Source of the DNA: Eledone cirrhosa
Lineage: Eukaryota
Assembly: GCA_964016885.1 (NCBI GenBank)
Contig: OZ024741.1
Span: 127,100,001-127,164,000 of the forward strand
Direction: 5' to 3'
DNA length: 64,000 nucleotides
Shown here: positions 41,013-57,315 of the stretch, piece after piece
Numbering within the stretch: the stretch's first letter is position 1
Layout: each line of letters starts with the position of its first letter
Translations under genes and position numbers: made by a program
The notes under the pieces: model-generated
What the model saw: only the letters and a program-made list of their open reading frames with translations
Databases searched by the model: none
What the model was told of the DNA's origin: nothing

Positions 41013-41321
41013 GTTCAAGAGTAACCAATCTTAAAGAGAGAGATTGAGATAGTAGAGGAGATATGAGAGGAAAGATTGGTGAGTTAGTTAGAAGCCAAAG
41101 CGTAAAGCATGTGCTCAATGTGCAATATGCATTAGAAAGCAGCTAGGTGGCTGGGTTCATGCAGAGGTTAGGTGCGCAGAGCTGGAAATATTCATTAGTT
41201 AAGCAAAACAAGACCACAAATTTCACAAGGAAGACATTATTAAAAGATTGTCAACATATTTAGTTTGATGTAAGGAATGTAGAGAATAATAATAATAATA
41301 ATATTAATAATAATAATGCCC

Positions 41322-41440
41322 GTTTACAATTGTTTCGCTACTCCGTATAATATTTCTGGATCAGATGACTATGTATCATAATTGATCTGGTTCAGTTGAA
41401 AATAATTAACATTTAAAAAAACAGAGTGGCTCATCGGAAC
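41322..41440 (-). ncRNA. Hammerhead motif with long stem II insert (U4C)
   Basis: gtt-CCGATGA-gccactctg...cggagtagc-GAAACaattGTA-aac. Confidence 0.6.
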
Positions 41441-41808
41441 TCAAAGGAATATAAATTAAAATAATGTTACATAATATAATGTTCCATATATTAGTTTTTA
41501 CTATGGTGCCTTTGTTTCATCAGCTGTCAGCCATAATCAAGCAGTACTCATCTGTCGAGGCTGCATTGTGTGAGATCTGCCTATGGGTAACAAGATGGCT
41601 GCCAAAGGGCATATTTACCTTACTAATTAGAGGGTGGTTTCAGGGGAAGTAACTTCTCGAAAGATTAGAGATTGTGTGTATTTTATAGTTATGTGCTAGT
41701 ATTTAAATTATTTAATTGAGAAACAATGTAGGGGAGGTAACTTATAATTATCGAGTTGTTCATAGCAATTTAACTTATTAGTTACAATTAGAGATGGGGC
41801 TACTTGAC

Positions 41809-42186
41809 TAAGTTGGGTCAAAAACTCTATTGGCGAAGGAATTAGCCCTTCGATGTTGACAGCTAATGGTTACCTACGTTCTATCGTTAATTGGTAGAGG
41901 TCTTGATAGAGTTATGTAATATGCTTCCGTAACACAGAGATCACAAGATTTCCTTCGTCTATTGAACGGTTGTGCCCTAGCTACGATATCCCATTTTAGT
42001 GAGTGTTGAACTTTGTTTAATTTAAGGTTTTTAATTAGCCTAGCTAGCGATGTCGAACATCTGTTGCTAGGGTATCGGAAGGAAAAAGAGTGCGCATTAT
42101 AGCGTACCTTAAAAGGGTTAGAGGTAGACCCGATATAAGAGCTGGTATTCGAAGCAGTCTCAACTGTGCACCTATAGACTATGTGT
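41809..42186 (-). pseudogene. GIY-YIG endonuclease remnant not in the ORF track
   Basis: Manual translation: IVYRCTVETASNTSSYIGSTSNPFKVRYNAH...LKWDIV...CDLCVTE...CQHRR. Confidence 0.85.
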
Positions 42187-42245
42187 ATACAATCTTTTAA
42201 TAATGTCTTCCTTGTGAAATTTGTGGTCTTGTTTTGCTTAACTAA

Positions 42246-42450
<205 letters not shown>

Positions 42451-42473
42451 TTTACCCGCCTTCGATATATATA

Positions 42474-42625
42474 ATATAGAAATGGCTTCTACAGGACTGG
42501 AACTGTTTCATTCGGGAGAAATCATCAGGCAGCCATTTATATATTAAATATTTATACTCTGATATGTATTGAGTAGCTTACTTACTGTGGTTACCCCCAT
42601 TGAACTCGGAATAAACTTATAAATA
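42474..42625. mobile_element. Family C mini-foldback; intact-core hammerhead on the minus strand at 42484-42534
   Basis: ggctgc-CTGATGA-tttctcccgaat-GAAACAG..CTGTA-gaagcc; tail matches 36650-36725. Confidence 0.8.
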
Positions 42626-42633
42626 AATAAATA

Positions 42634-42679
<46 letters not shown>

Positions 42680-42684
42680 TATAC

Positions 42685-44651
42685 ATTTATCTTGGAGAAC
42701 AATTACTTCGTTTTCTATAACAAACCCTACAGGCAGAAATCTGGGACCGCTATGGGAACGAAAACAGCCCCCACTTATGGGATACCTGGAAATCACCCTC
42801 TACACTAAATTCCTAAACAAATTTGGAAACACTCTCCACTTACACATAGAAAGGAACTGGAAGCGATATCTAGATGACTGCTTCATCCTTTGGCACGAAC
42901 ACATCGAGAAACTTAAAGAATTTCACACCCTTATAAATGGGCTCAACACGAATATTAACTTCACGATGGAATACAGCCATCAACAACTCCCCTTCCTCGA
43001 CATCCTCATTAAGATCCATAACAAAAAAATAGAAACAGACATATACTACAAGCCCACAGACTCAAAGCAATATCTTCCTTTCAACTCTTGCCACCCTAGA
43101 CACGTTAAAATTAATATTCCCTACAACTTAGCCAAGAGAATCTGTACTATAGTCTCCAATAAAAACACCTGCTACTTACGGCTACAAGAACTAAAGGACA
43201 CACTCATAGGCAGGTACTACCCTGCATCACTAATTGACAATGGAATCCAACGTGCCCTAAAACTCAGTGCCCAGGACCTTAGACACCCTAAAGTAAATCA
43301 ACCGAAACTAAAAGCTCTTCCATACATCTCCACACACAACCCCTCAACAATGAGGCCTTTGACACCATCCTCCAGAACATCCCTGTGTTGAAAAAGGACC
43401 ATAGAATGAACCAAATCCTACGAACACACGATATCATAAAGAGCAAAAGACAATCTAAGTCAATGAAAAACATCCTAACACATGCCAAAGTACTGCCAAC
43501 CACAACAACGAAACCCAGAGTAAAAAAATGCGATAGACCCAACTGTGGCATTTGCATCAACCCAATAGAGGGTTCGGAATTCTATTTCAAAGAAGGACAA
43601 CGTTTTATAGTAAAACACAATTTCACATGCGCATCGGAAAATCTAATATATGTATTAACTTGCTCAGGTTGTCGGGAACAATACATAGGCCAGACCAAAA
43701 ACAGCCTCCGCCAACGCATGACTGTCCATAGATCCCAAATTAAAATACGGGAATACAGGAAAATACCACTGAGTGAACACATTGATACCTGTGCCGCCCA
43801 AAATCATCCCAACTTCAGAATCTTTCCGCTCTACAAATTTAAAGATAATGCCACCCACACCCAGCGCATCAGCAAGGAATCTTACTTTATTAACAAATAC
43901 GGACCCCGTCTAAACACTTCTCCCTAAGACGAACCCACAACATACACACGTCAACATACATACCTACATCAGCACACATCTCTACCCACATATAAACACA
44001 ATGACATACGTAAACACACATGTTCTATGGTGCAACACAAATATACACAAATTTGCATACCTTTTCATGTCTATAGATATAAACGTGCCGACACACACAC
44101 ATACATAAATGCACACATGTATTGCACACTGATGGGCACATACATATTTGTGCACAGGTATTCCAATACGGCAAAGCCTAATGAATTCCCCTTGCAGTAC
44201 GTACAATCTCGACACACTCCAGATACATATTTGTACACAGGTATACAATTTCTGGACACACTCCAGATACATGTGTACAATTTGTGCACAAGTATACAAT
44301 TTGTGCACAGGTATACTATTTCTGGACACACTCCAGATACATATTTGTGCACAGGTATTCCAATACGGTAAGGCCTAATGGATCCCCCTTGTAGTACGTA
44401 CAATCTGGACACACACACACACTCACACACACCTTGGTATTATGCCAATACTATATATCATTTCATACCTTTTATTATTAAGGGTTTTGATGTTCTATTG
44501 AGAGAATCGATTTTACTGAAAATATCGAATAATGTACACCATTTTACCAGAAAAAAATACTGGTCCACACACACACACACACACACATTCTCACACACAC
44601 ACATATATACACACATACACACGCGTACATTAACATACAAAGAGACATATA

Positions 44652-44682
<31 letters not shown>

Positions 44683-44791
44683 TTCTCCGTATAAGACAAG
44701 AGCTGAAAAATATATTTTAACATGTTAAAATATCCCCCACACACTACAGACACATTCCTACTCACCATCCCTCTACCATTAATTACTCTGC

Positions 44792-44825
<34 letters not shown>

Positions 44826-45357
44826 TCTTAATAGGCATTTGAACTGTCAACAGGCTGCGGTTCGCACACACATCCCTGCTGACCATTATCACAACAATGA
44901 ACCTATTTACTACTACTACACACACACACATATTTGTTGTGAAAGACTTATTTCTCAGTCAGCCGACACAAACCTACATTTGGCGCAAAATCAATTTTTT
45001 ACATTCACATGACCTCTACCGACCAATCAAAATTGTTTTGCCCACAAGAATTTTTGCAACACGAATTGGCGCAAAACTTATTTTAATACCGCTGGAGCCA
45101 CTTTTTTAACATAAAAACAGGTAGAATTCCCAAAACTAATCAGATCAGAGCAAACATCACGGACGCTCTATCTCAAAATTATTTTTGAAAATCATTAGAA
45201 ATGCGCAACCGGTAAAACTTAAAACCAAAACTGAATACTAACCAATACTATTACTAATTCTCACTTATTCCTAATTAAACTATTTTTCACTGTGAACAAT
45301 TTGTCACCATTTTCTATTCCGTTTACCAATATATATATATATATACACATACAGATG

Positions 45358-45435
<78 letters not shown>

Positions 45436-45458
45436 AAAAGGGGTTCGGAGGTGCGACA
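42685..45458 (+). mobile_element. Neptune-like PLE copy 2, 5'-truncated (RT-GIY-YIG to 43927)
   Basis: Near-identical inverse of 25458-28360; small deletion near 42778 and frameshift near 43342. Confidence 0.92.
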
Positions 45459-48314
45459 ACTTAGGAGGAATATGACTACAGTCTGGCTGGACTGCAGGAA
45501 AGCTTTCGATTCTGTTCCCCACTCTTGCATGATAGAGGCCCTCCAACTTGCTAAAGTCCAAGGATTTATTATCAGAGCCATAGAGAAGCTGTCTTCTTGG
45601 GCTACTATCCTAAAGGTAATGACAGAGAAGGAGGACTCTATTTTCACTGATAAAATAAAATATCGCAGGGGTATATTTCAGGGAGACAGTCTCTCTGTGA
45701 TATTATTCATCCTGTCCTTAAACCCTTTGTCCTTTCTGCTCAAGAAATGTGAAGGATACATCATTGGCTCACAGGAGGACAGAAATATGAACCTAACCAT
45801 AATTTATTTGTGGATGATCTGAAACTCTATGCCAAGAACATGGATGGGATGAATAAAAATCTTGTCCTGGTTACAACGTTCTCAAAGGATACAGGAATGG
45901 AGTTTGGCCAAGATAAATGCTTATATATGACTGTAAAGCGGGGAAAAACAACAACCCAATCTAGCAACATCGTCATCTGTTTCACCGATATCTGCCTATC
46001 TGTTTCACCGATATCTGATGAGGACTGCTACAGATACCTGGGGATAGATGAGAACATATCCTATAATGGTATCTGTAATAAGGAACACGTAACCAGGGAA
46101 TACTACACCCGATTAAGAAAGATATGGTCATCGGAACTATCTGCGCAAAACAAAACAGTGACTCACAATATGTTTGCTGTGCCTGCCCTAACACCAACGT
46201 TTGGAATACTCAATTGGACGATAGACGAAATCGAAGCAGTTGATGTTAGAACTCGAAAAATACTAAACAATACCGGAAACTTCCACATCAGCAGGGACAT
46301 AGACCGCCTTTACTTGTGTCTATGTTAGAAACCGACTCTCTCCCTATTGGTAAAAATTTGTGAAATTATAAAACCAGAAGAACATACATACTTACATACG
46401 CAGAACTGATGAGAAATCTGCAGATACTCCACCCTGATTACACCTTCAGATTTATGCCTGTGATTATTGGGGCACTGGGGTATGTTAGTAACTGCCTCAA
46501 TACAAACCTTGAGAAGCTAGGCTTCACAGGAACAGAAAGAACACAACTAGTTAGGAAATTACAAGTACAATCCATTAATGGAACAGTAAAAATATGTAAA
46601 ATATTCCAAACATTTTGCATCTAATAACTGCATATACACATATACAGATACAAAGCATATACACATGCACACATACAACTCAAAACATACACATCCACGC
46701 ATACAATAAAATCTATATCTACACATGCATGCACACATATCTACCTAGTTGATGTTGTGTAAATTCCAATGAGAGAGTCTTGTGTCTATGTTAGAAACCG
46801 ACTCTCTCTCTATTGGGAAAAAATTGGTGAAATTATAAAACCAGAAGAACATACATACATACATACATACATATATACATACATACGTACGTACACAATA
46901 AAACGGTGGCTCACAGTGTGTTTGGAATACTTGATTGGACGATAGACGAAATCCGAGCAATTGATGTTAGGATTCGAAAAATACTAAACAACACCGGTAA
47001 CTTCCACATCAACAGTGACATAGACCACCTCTACTTGAAAAGGAAGCATGGTGGCAGTGGCCTAACATCAATCCATACAGCATTTCAATGTCGCATCATA
47101 TCCCTCCGACAACATTTACGAACCTCGAAGCGTAAGAACCCGTCTCTCGAACAAGTCTATCTGCATGAGACAGATAAGATCAGGAGAATTGGGAAGGAAC
47201 TCCTCGATAGATATTCCCTGTGTGATAATCAAAGACTCACACCCATGGAGCTGCTTAGCAGTACCGCAGTGAATCCATGGATGAAAAACTGCATGCTTAT
47301 CAGCAAAAAATCATGCGTGGATATGTTGCCAGGAAGCTCCAAAGTGAGAGTAATATAGATAAGGAAAGTAGTCTATCTTGGACCAAAAATCGCTATATTG
47401 GCTCCCACTTTGAAGGATACGCTTTTTCAATCCAAGAACAGGAAATCAACAGGAAATACCTGATTCACAAAAGAGATAGGGATGCAGGCAAAACACCTAG
47501 ATGTGACAACAAGTACAGACTCTGCAGAATTAACATCGAAGATGTCATCCAGAATTAACATCGAAGATGTCATAAGCAGCTGTCCAAAGATGTCATAGCG
47601 GTACTATCTACCTATGAGGCATGATTTAGTGGCTAAAACACTGTACAATGCAATCCTTAGAAAAGATAGCCCCGACAATAAACACATTAAAAGCTACAGC
47701 AATGTGGAAGACATATACATAATATGAAAGAGTACTGGTGAAATGTTCTAGTCAAAACCCCAATAAAATGCAGACATAACAGACCAGATATGGGACAGGG
47801 AATAGAAAGCATTCACAGTAATCAAACATTAGCGAAAAGGAGAATATTTATGCAGAACTGATGAGAAATCTGCAGATACTCCACCCTGATTACACCTTCA
47901 GATTTATGCCTGTGATTATTGGGGCACTGGGGTGTGTTAGTAACTGCCTCAGTACAAATCTTGAGAAGCTGGGCTTCACAGAAACAGAAAGAACACAAGT
48001 AGTTTGGAAATTACAAGTACAATCCATTAATGGAACAGTAAAAATATGTAAAACATTCCAAACATTCTGCATCTAATAACTGCATATACACTTGTACAGA
48101 TACAAAGCATATGTACATGCACACATACAACTCAAAACATCCACATCCACACATACAATAACACCCATACCTGCACACACATGCATGCATGCTGTCATGC
48201 ATACATATCTACCTAGTTGATGTTGTGTAAATTCCAATGAGAGAGTCTTGTAACTATGTCAGAAACCGACTCTCTCTCTATTGGCAAAAATTTGTGAAAT
48301 TATAAAACCAGAAC
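45447..48314 (+). mobile_element. Tandem array of three 5'-truncated R4/Dong-type copies (45447-46384, 46399-46850, 46895-48314) separated by (CATA)n
   Basis: WLDCRKAFDSVPH, GIFQGDSLS, DDLKLYA, YRYLG; each copy ends GAAATTATAAAACCAGAA(GAA)C(ATAC)n. Confidence 0.9.
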
Positions 48315-48517
48315 ATACATACATATACCATTTATGTTATGTTGTTTGCCAGTGGGTAAAACGGGTTCCGGTTAGTAAACGATTGTGCAATAAATTAATG
48401 CCAATCATCCATAGTAGATGTGGTATCCCATGGCTTGTGCAGGAACAGAGTTAAATCTTCATTAAAAACAACAGAAAGCCGGACTGGAAACTTTCTTTAA
48501 AATTTTAATTCCGCGAA

Positions 48518-48593
48518 AACACTATACGTATTTCAATGGCTTAGTTTCATCATCCGATCATGATGCAAGATTTAGGCGATCTCATCAGGTGTT
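48518..48593 (-). ncRNA. Type I hammerhead ribozyme in a non-coding PLE-like segment (~48325-49500)
   Basis: aacac-CTGATGA-gat...att-GAAAtacgtaTA-gtgtt. Confidence 0.75.
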
Positions 48594-49535
48594 GATTGCA
48601 AAATTACTTATATAAGATAACAGGATTACGGTGAACACAAACAGAAGATAGATAGATTTGGTTCGGAGATGGCTTGCCAATTCGGTGTTATTGTAACGTC
48701 AAACCATCGCCGAATGCCATACAGGCATCAATGCTACGCATTATGGGTTAGTAGGCGTGATAGCGTGGGTCGGAGGTTGTTGAATGGTGACAGAAATGTC
48801 ATTAGAAAATGTCATTCATTAATCAAAACCAAGTATTCCGCTGCTACTGGAGTCTAGTTGTATTAAACTCCGTGTCTGTAGACATTGGCCAAATACCAAC
48901 GTATTGTGACGGTGAAGACTTAAAGGGTTATAAGCGCTATAGCAGGGTACAGACTATAGATGTTGTATAAAATAAAATGAAATATAAGTTATAAAAAATT
49001 ACACAAGGTTACACAAATTATAATATTAACAAAAATCATAAAACTTGTAGAGATTACAAAAAATGATATGTGAGTGTTACGTTAAATAGATTAAGAAAAA
49101 TTAACAAGGAAAATAAAATAAGAGAAGATAAATTGTGAAGAAACATAAATATTAAAATGTTGATAGTGTAGTTACAAAGATTGTTAATTATATCAATAAT
49201 GTCAAAGATTCTCGAAAGTAAATCACTGAATGATTAAAGGGTAATTGAACTATTTCGCGCATGTATGCGTTTATATTGTGGTCGAAAATGCTGTGCGGTA
49301 TATCCTCAACTGACGTAACAGTCCTCTTCGCCCCACAAAGTCCCCAAAAATAGATTACTTGTGACCTGAGTATATTCAAATAATGAAGAGAGGGGAAAAT
49401 TAATTAGTTTAATTCCAAGCACTCAAGGTAGTCAGTCGCTGACTCATCGCACACCAGACAATGCTAGCAATACCCACGAGAATTGTATAATGATAGATAA
49501 CACATTACATATTCTTATTTTTCTCTACAATGAAA

Positions 49536-49649
<114 letters not shown>

Positions 49650-49684
49650 CGAAGAATCAGTGGAGCATCGAAACACAATTTATT

Positions 49685-49777
49685 ACGCATTACAATTGTT
49701 TCTCCGGCAAACAGCTCGAGGTGCGATCTGTTTGTGGATCGAACCTGACTCTGGATTCGCAAGTTCCTCAGATACGT
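49685..49777 (-). ncRNA. Type I hammerhead ribozyme in a PLE-like segment (~49646-50020)
   Basis: acgtat-CTGAGGA-long stem II-GAAACaattGTA-atgcgt. Confidence 0.7.
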
Positions 49778-50251
49778 CTAGGGATTTCGAAGCAAATCTT
49801 CTTTCTGTTGGACCCTTAGAATTTCTATCATCTGCAGTCATCCTGTTTGCACGGCCCGTCGATTGGTCAAGAGTTCGAGACGTCATCTGTATGTTTGACC
49901 ATTCAAATCTGCCCACTAACCCTTTTCATTCAGGCGTGAGCTGTCATTCACCTTGATTCTGTCGCCAGAATTACTGTTAGGTGGGCGAGGGGTTATGAAC
50001 TGCCTTTCCAGTCCATAGCTTGCCCGGCGCCCGGCACATATACACCCATACACGTATGCTCACACATAGACATTCTGAGCTCCTGATCGCACACTTATCT
50101 GTGCGGACATACACACACATAGAGCTCGCGCGTTTGCGTACACATGCATATATTCACCCCTCATATATAGGTACATGCATACACAGACATACGCACACAC
50201 GTACAAATACACGGGCCCACAGACATACATATATCTATCCATATATACACT

Positions 50252-50318
<67 letters not shown>

Positions 50319-50339
50319 AATTCATATCTAGTAACATAT

Positions 50340-51067
50340 ATATACATACAGATGCATATCAATGTTAGCAAATATATAGGTTTTGTCTTAATAACAGTGT
50401 GGTTCAATGCATGGGGTTGCAGAACAATAATATAAGAGACGTAAAATAAGAAAATTATAAAATTAACTTACTTACTAAAATATCACTTCCAACTAATTAG
50501 TTTCTGGAATGGAGTAAATATATTTTCCGAAGAATAATATATAGAAGCATTCCGTCGTCAGGAAAGTCTATTCTCATGTAAGTTTCCAGGCAAAGCGAGG
50601 ACACTGGAAACTTATTAAAAAATAATTCAGTGGATAGGAAATAGCGAAGCGTGGACTGAATTCCAAGCCATTGAGAAAATCACTGCCTCTACGTCTGTGG
50701 CAAATTCAAAAAGAATCGAACACGTGACATCGAGGTCAATCAGTGGAAAGTGGTTTGCTAATAAGACAGCGGCCTACCTACAACCGTAGCAGCAGTCATG
50801 GCCAATATTGCTCGACAAATAATTTGGAGATAATAATAAAGAATTCAGTCCACGCTTCGCTATTTCCTATCCACTGAATTATTTTTTAATAAGTTTCTAG
50901 TGTCCTCGCTTTGCCTGGAAACTTACATGAGAATAGACTTTCCTGACGACGGAATGCTTCTATATATTATTCTTCGGAAAATATATTTACTCCATTCCAG
51001 AAACTAATTAGTTGGAAGTGATATTTTAGTAAGTAAGTTAATTTTATAATTTTCTTATTTTACGTCT

Positions 51068-51074
<7 letters not shown>
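50340..51074. mobile_element. Family D foldback (diverged relative of 19290-19936)
   Basis: Arms 50430-50663 and 50841-51074; left-only tail. Confidence 0.9.
50937..51019 (+). ncRNA. Type I hammerhead ribozyme (mirror at 50485-50567, minus strand)
   Basis: tttc-CTGACGA-cggaatg...cattcca-GAAACTAATTAGTT-ggaa. Confidence 0.8.
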
Positions 51075-53300
<2,226 letters not shown>

Positions 53301-53302
53301 TT

Positions 53303-54348
53303 AAACATTAGATCAAACAATATATCTTTAAATTATAAACAATATAGTTATCTTTCCCTTAATAAAAGTTGGTTTACTATTCACATTTACGAGACATTCA
53401 AATTATACATAAATGTTTAAATTTATATATCTCACCTTTTACATTAATAGATTATACATAATATTATACATCTTCTCTTAAAAAAAAAAATTATTATTTT
53501 CACATTCTTAAGGTATATATAGAAAATGCATATATATCATCGCTCGACATATCTTACGAGTTTTCATAATTATTTATACTTAAATAAGATCTATATTCAC
53601 GCATAATTATTTATGTACTAAATAATTTTTTTTAATAACGATATACGATACATTTTTTTTATAACTGCACTCATCATAATATTCATATATATGCGTAAAT
53701 TATATACAATCGTATATATAAATAAAGCGTATCTTTCACATATTATAATGCTTTAATAAATTAATTGTTCTCAATTTAATACATTAATTATTATGAATAC
53801 TTCCATATTCTTAAAATATATTATAAAATTAAATAAATAAATATAATTATTTCATTCTTTCTATACCGATGTAAATATGTTTGGGTGCATATATGCATAT
53901 TTCTATAAATAATCCTAAATTAACTTTAAAATAATTTTTTTCAAATTTAATAGCAAACCCTTATTAAAAAAAATATAATTTAGATAAATATTTAAAATCT
54001 ATCTAGCGTCTATACTTAACGGTCCTTTTCAGTTTTAATGTTATCCTCATTAGCATATTTATCCTGAGTTTTGAAAATTTATTCACTATCTTCAATAAAC
54101 TTATAACATGAAGTTCACATGAAGATATGTCACTATCTTTACACCAATTATTGTATTTTATCTGACGAAAGCGTACTAAAATATTAGTACCCTTGAAATA
54201 CGTATAATAAAATAAATATGGTTTTATAAAGATATTTTCCATTTATTAATATTGTTGATATTAATGATACTCCGGAATAAACCGGTGAGTGCTTCTAATC
54301 TGTTATAAATTAACTTTATTGAATAATCAACAAACCAAACAACTCATT

Positions 54349-54350
<2 letters not shown>
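53303..54350 (+). mobile_element. Family A PLE AT-rich 3' region with tail
   Basis: Terminal ~220 bp homologous to 61650-61875 and to 21530-21760 reversed; left boundary inferred from composition. Confidence 0.65.
54154..54214 (+). ncRNA. Type I hammerhead ribozyme, family A
   Basis: tattttat-CTGACGA-aagcgtactaa-aata-ttagtaccctt-GAAAtacgtaTA-ataaaata. Confidence 0.88.
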
Positions 54351-54429
<79 letters not shown>

Positions 54430-54699
54430 CAGTATACATATCAAAGTGTTGTAGTTTGCTTGAAGCTTTGTTGAATAGGAAACACAAATTTAAATAATTT
54501 TGAAAACCATACAATGCACTAGAAAATTAAAATTGTTAAGATAACAATAGAATCTTACCTTAGAAAATTTAATAATCTCAAATATTTTCGGGTTTAAAAT
54601 CCCATTATCAAGGGAGTATCCCTGTGAGAGACTTAAAGGATCGATCGGAGATAACTTGTTAGGAAGGCAGATTTAAGTTAAATGTAATGAACAACAATT

Positions 54700-55195
54700 A
54701 GTGTTGTGGATAGGGCAATTCGCTAGGGTGCATCCGTTATCCTCGTTGGAGGGTTGCCTTGTGGAGAGGCATCTTCGCAGGGAAGGTCCAGAGTAAGCTG
54801 TTTTTTATATTGAGGCCCTTTCTTCTGATGGCTTTGCGTATGGCGTTGGTGGTTTCCTCGCTGATATGTGGGATCTTGAAGAAGCAACTATTGTTTGCGT
54901 TGGTCCGGTCTCTGGGACTGGAGTTTCATCGTGGGGTGGAGAAGAAAGCTGGTCAGCCGTTAATATCTAGCACCCTGTGGCATCGTCTGATATGGGATGC
55001 TTTATTAGCAGTGTCGCTGGATCGGTTGCATTTGCGAGCCATTTCGTTGAAGATGTACCCTCTTTTAGAGTTATTGGGGAGGGCAGATTTGTAATGCACA
55101 AACAGGTCCCTGCTGCCACTTTGCGATAGAAATCAGTGTGGATTTCACCGATATCAGAGGTGTTCAGGTTGAAATCAAGTAGAGCGATTTGTAAT
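54700..55195 (-). pseudogene. PLE RT thumb/linker remnant
   Basis: HTDFYRK..DLFVHYKSALP..K..IFNE..LDING*P..FFKIPHISE. Confidence 0.7.
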
Positions 55196-55333
55196 GTGAT
55201 ACAGCCATAGTACCGTTGGTATTTTCAACAAAGCCTTGCTAATATAGTGTCATGCGGTACACCATGTTAACAATTGATATTTATTTCGTATTGATTTGTC
55301 TCTTTCTATTGATTTTTTTTTTTCTAATTTCAG

Positions 55334-55574
55334 AAGTGGCAATGCAAATAGTCCTTCACGGACCCGTTTGATGATAATGGTCAATAAAAGAGGAAGATCA
55401 ACCACAACAACTACAAATAGAATGTCGGGTTCCGGACGTCGTCAACTGACCACCGGACAAACAATTACCCAACGTGCTTCATTGACAAATCCTCATCAAC
55501 CAGTCCGGCCGGGTCCCGGCACTAATTCAGCCACGTCACCGAACGGTAAAATGCCTACCAAGCCACCTGGCTAG
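55334..55574 (+). CDS. Putative terminal coding exon of an unidentified host gene (Ser/Thr/Pro/Arg-rich)
   Basis: Long polypyrimidine tract ending TTTCAG at 55333; only one long open frame (79 codons to TAG); AATAAA motifs at ~55675-55711. Confidence 0.5.
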
Positions 55575-55776
55575 AAATTCCTTCTCCTCTCACTACAACT
55601 TTATGCGACTAAAAACAAACAAACGTTAACAACGACGAAGATTCCACGATAATGATGATCTTATTAATATTAATAATAAAGATAGTGATGTGATAATAAA
55701 CTTGAAATAAATGGTAATTGCATTCCACCTTTATGTATATGTATTTATATATGTATGTATATACTTATATCTGTAT

Positions 55777-55814
<38 letters not shown>

Positions 55815-55847
55815 ATATCTTATATATATATATATATATATATATAC

Positions 55848-55900
<53 letters not shown>

Positions 55901-55962
55901 ATATCTTATATATATATATCTTATATATATATATACCTATATATATATACTTGTATCTGTAT

Positions 55963-56031
<69 letters not shown>

Positions 56032-56251
56032 TATAAGTATATACATATATGCACATATATATGTGTATATATATATGCATATATATGTATATATATATAT
56101 GTATACATATACATACATATATATGTATATATGTATACATACGTATATCTGTATATGTATATATATGTATGTGCATATATATATACATATATATGCGTAT
56201 ATATATACATATATATATATATGTATATATATACATTTATATGTATGTGTG

Positions 56252-56306
<55 letters not shown>

Positions 56307-57086
56307 CTGGAGATATGATAAATCGACGAACACGTTATTTGTGTATTTAAAACAAATCAATTTCTGACAGTTTAAAGGTTGTCGAGATATTTTAATTTTA
56401 CAAAACCTTACAAAACATCTTTCAAATATTATATTGATATCACCGTATTCTCGTTGTGCTTCTCGTTTATTTTACATTATATTCAGTATCCAGTTCCTGT
56501 AAGTTAAAAAAAAATTATACTTGTGTGTTATTCAAAGATCATGTTGCATTGGATCATTAAATGTTGCTATGTATATTAAAAAGAAAAGTAAAAGAAAAAA
56601 ACTCAGCTTTATATTGTTATATGCAAAGGCAACCACGACGGCATAAATAATACTACGTTAACTTTTATGCCGAAACATTCATTCAATATATGTATTTCAA
56701 TACTGTTATGTTGTCCGTCCTTGAAAAACGAAAAATATATACATATTCTAAAAGTAAACTGAACTGTTCCATTGACGAAATAATTTTCTTATATTATGAT
56801 TAATTCCGAAGAAGTGTATCCTCCTAAAACAATATTTCGGTACTTTTTAAATTGTATGTTTTATTCATTTAGTTGGTTATTTATATTATGCTATGTTTAT
56901 TATTTATATTGTTTTGTTTTTCATTTCTATCTTAATCTCAAAATATTTATGTTATTTATTGTATGATATTTAATATATGGTGTTTTTGGAAAAAACGGTA
57001 TAGTTCGATCATATTGTTTCCACTTTCAAAGTGTTAGTGTCAACTGATAAAAACGTAGTATGAAGAAAGGTTTTCTGAAACAATGA

Positions 57087-57175
<89 letters not shown>

Positions 57176-57274
57176 GGTGTGTGTATTATGTATGTATATG
57201 TATATATATAACATATATATATATATACATATATATATATGTATGTATTATGTATGTATATGTATATATATAAC

Positions 57275-57312
<38 letters not shown>

Positions 57313-57315
<3 letters not shown>

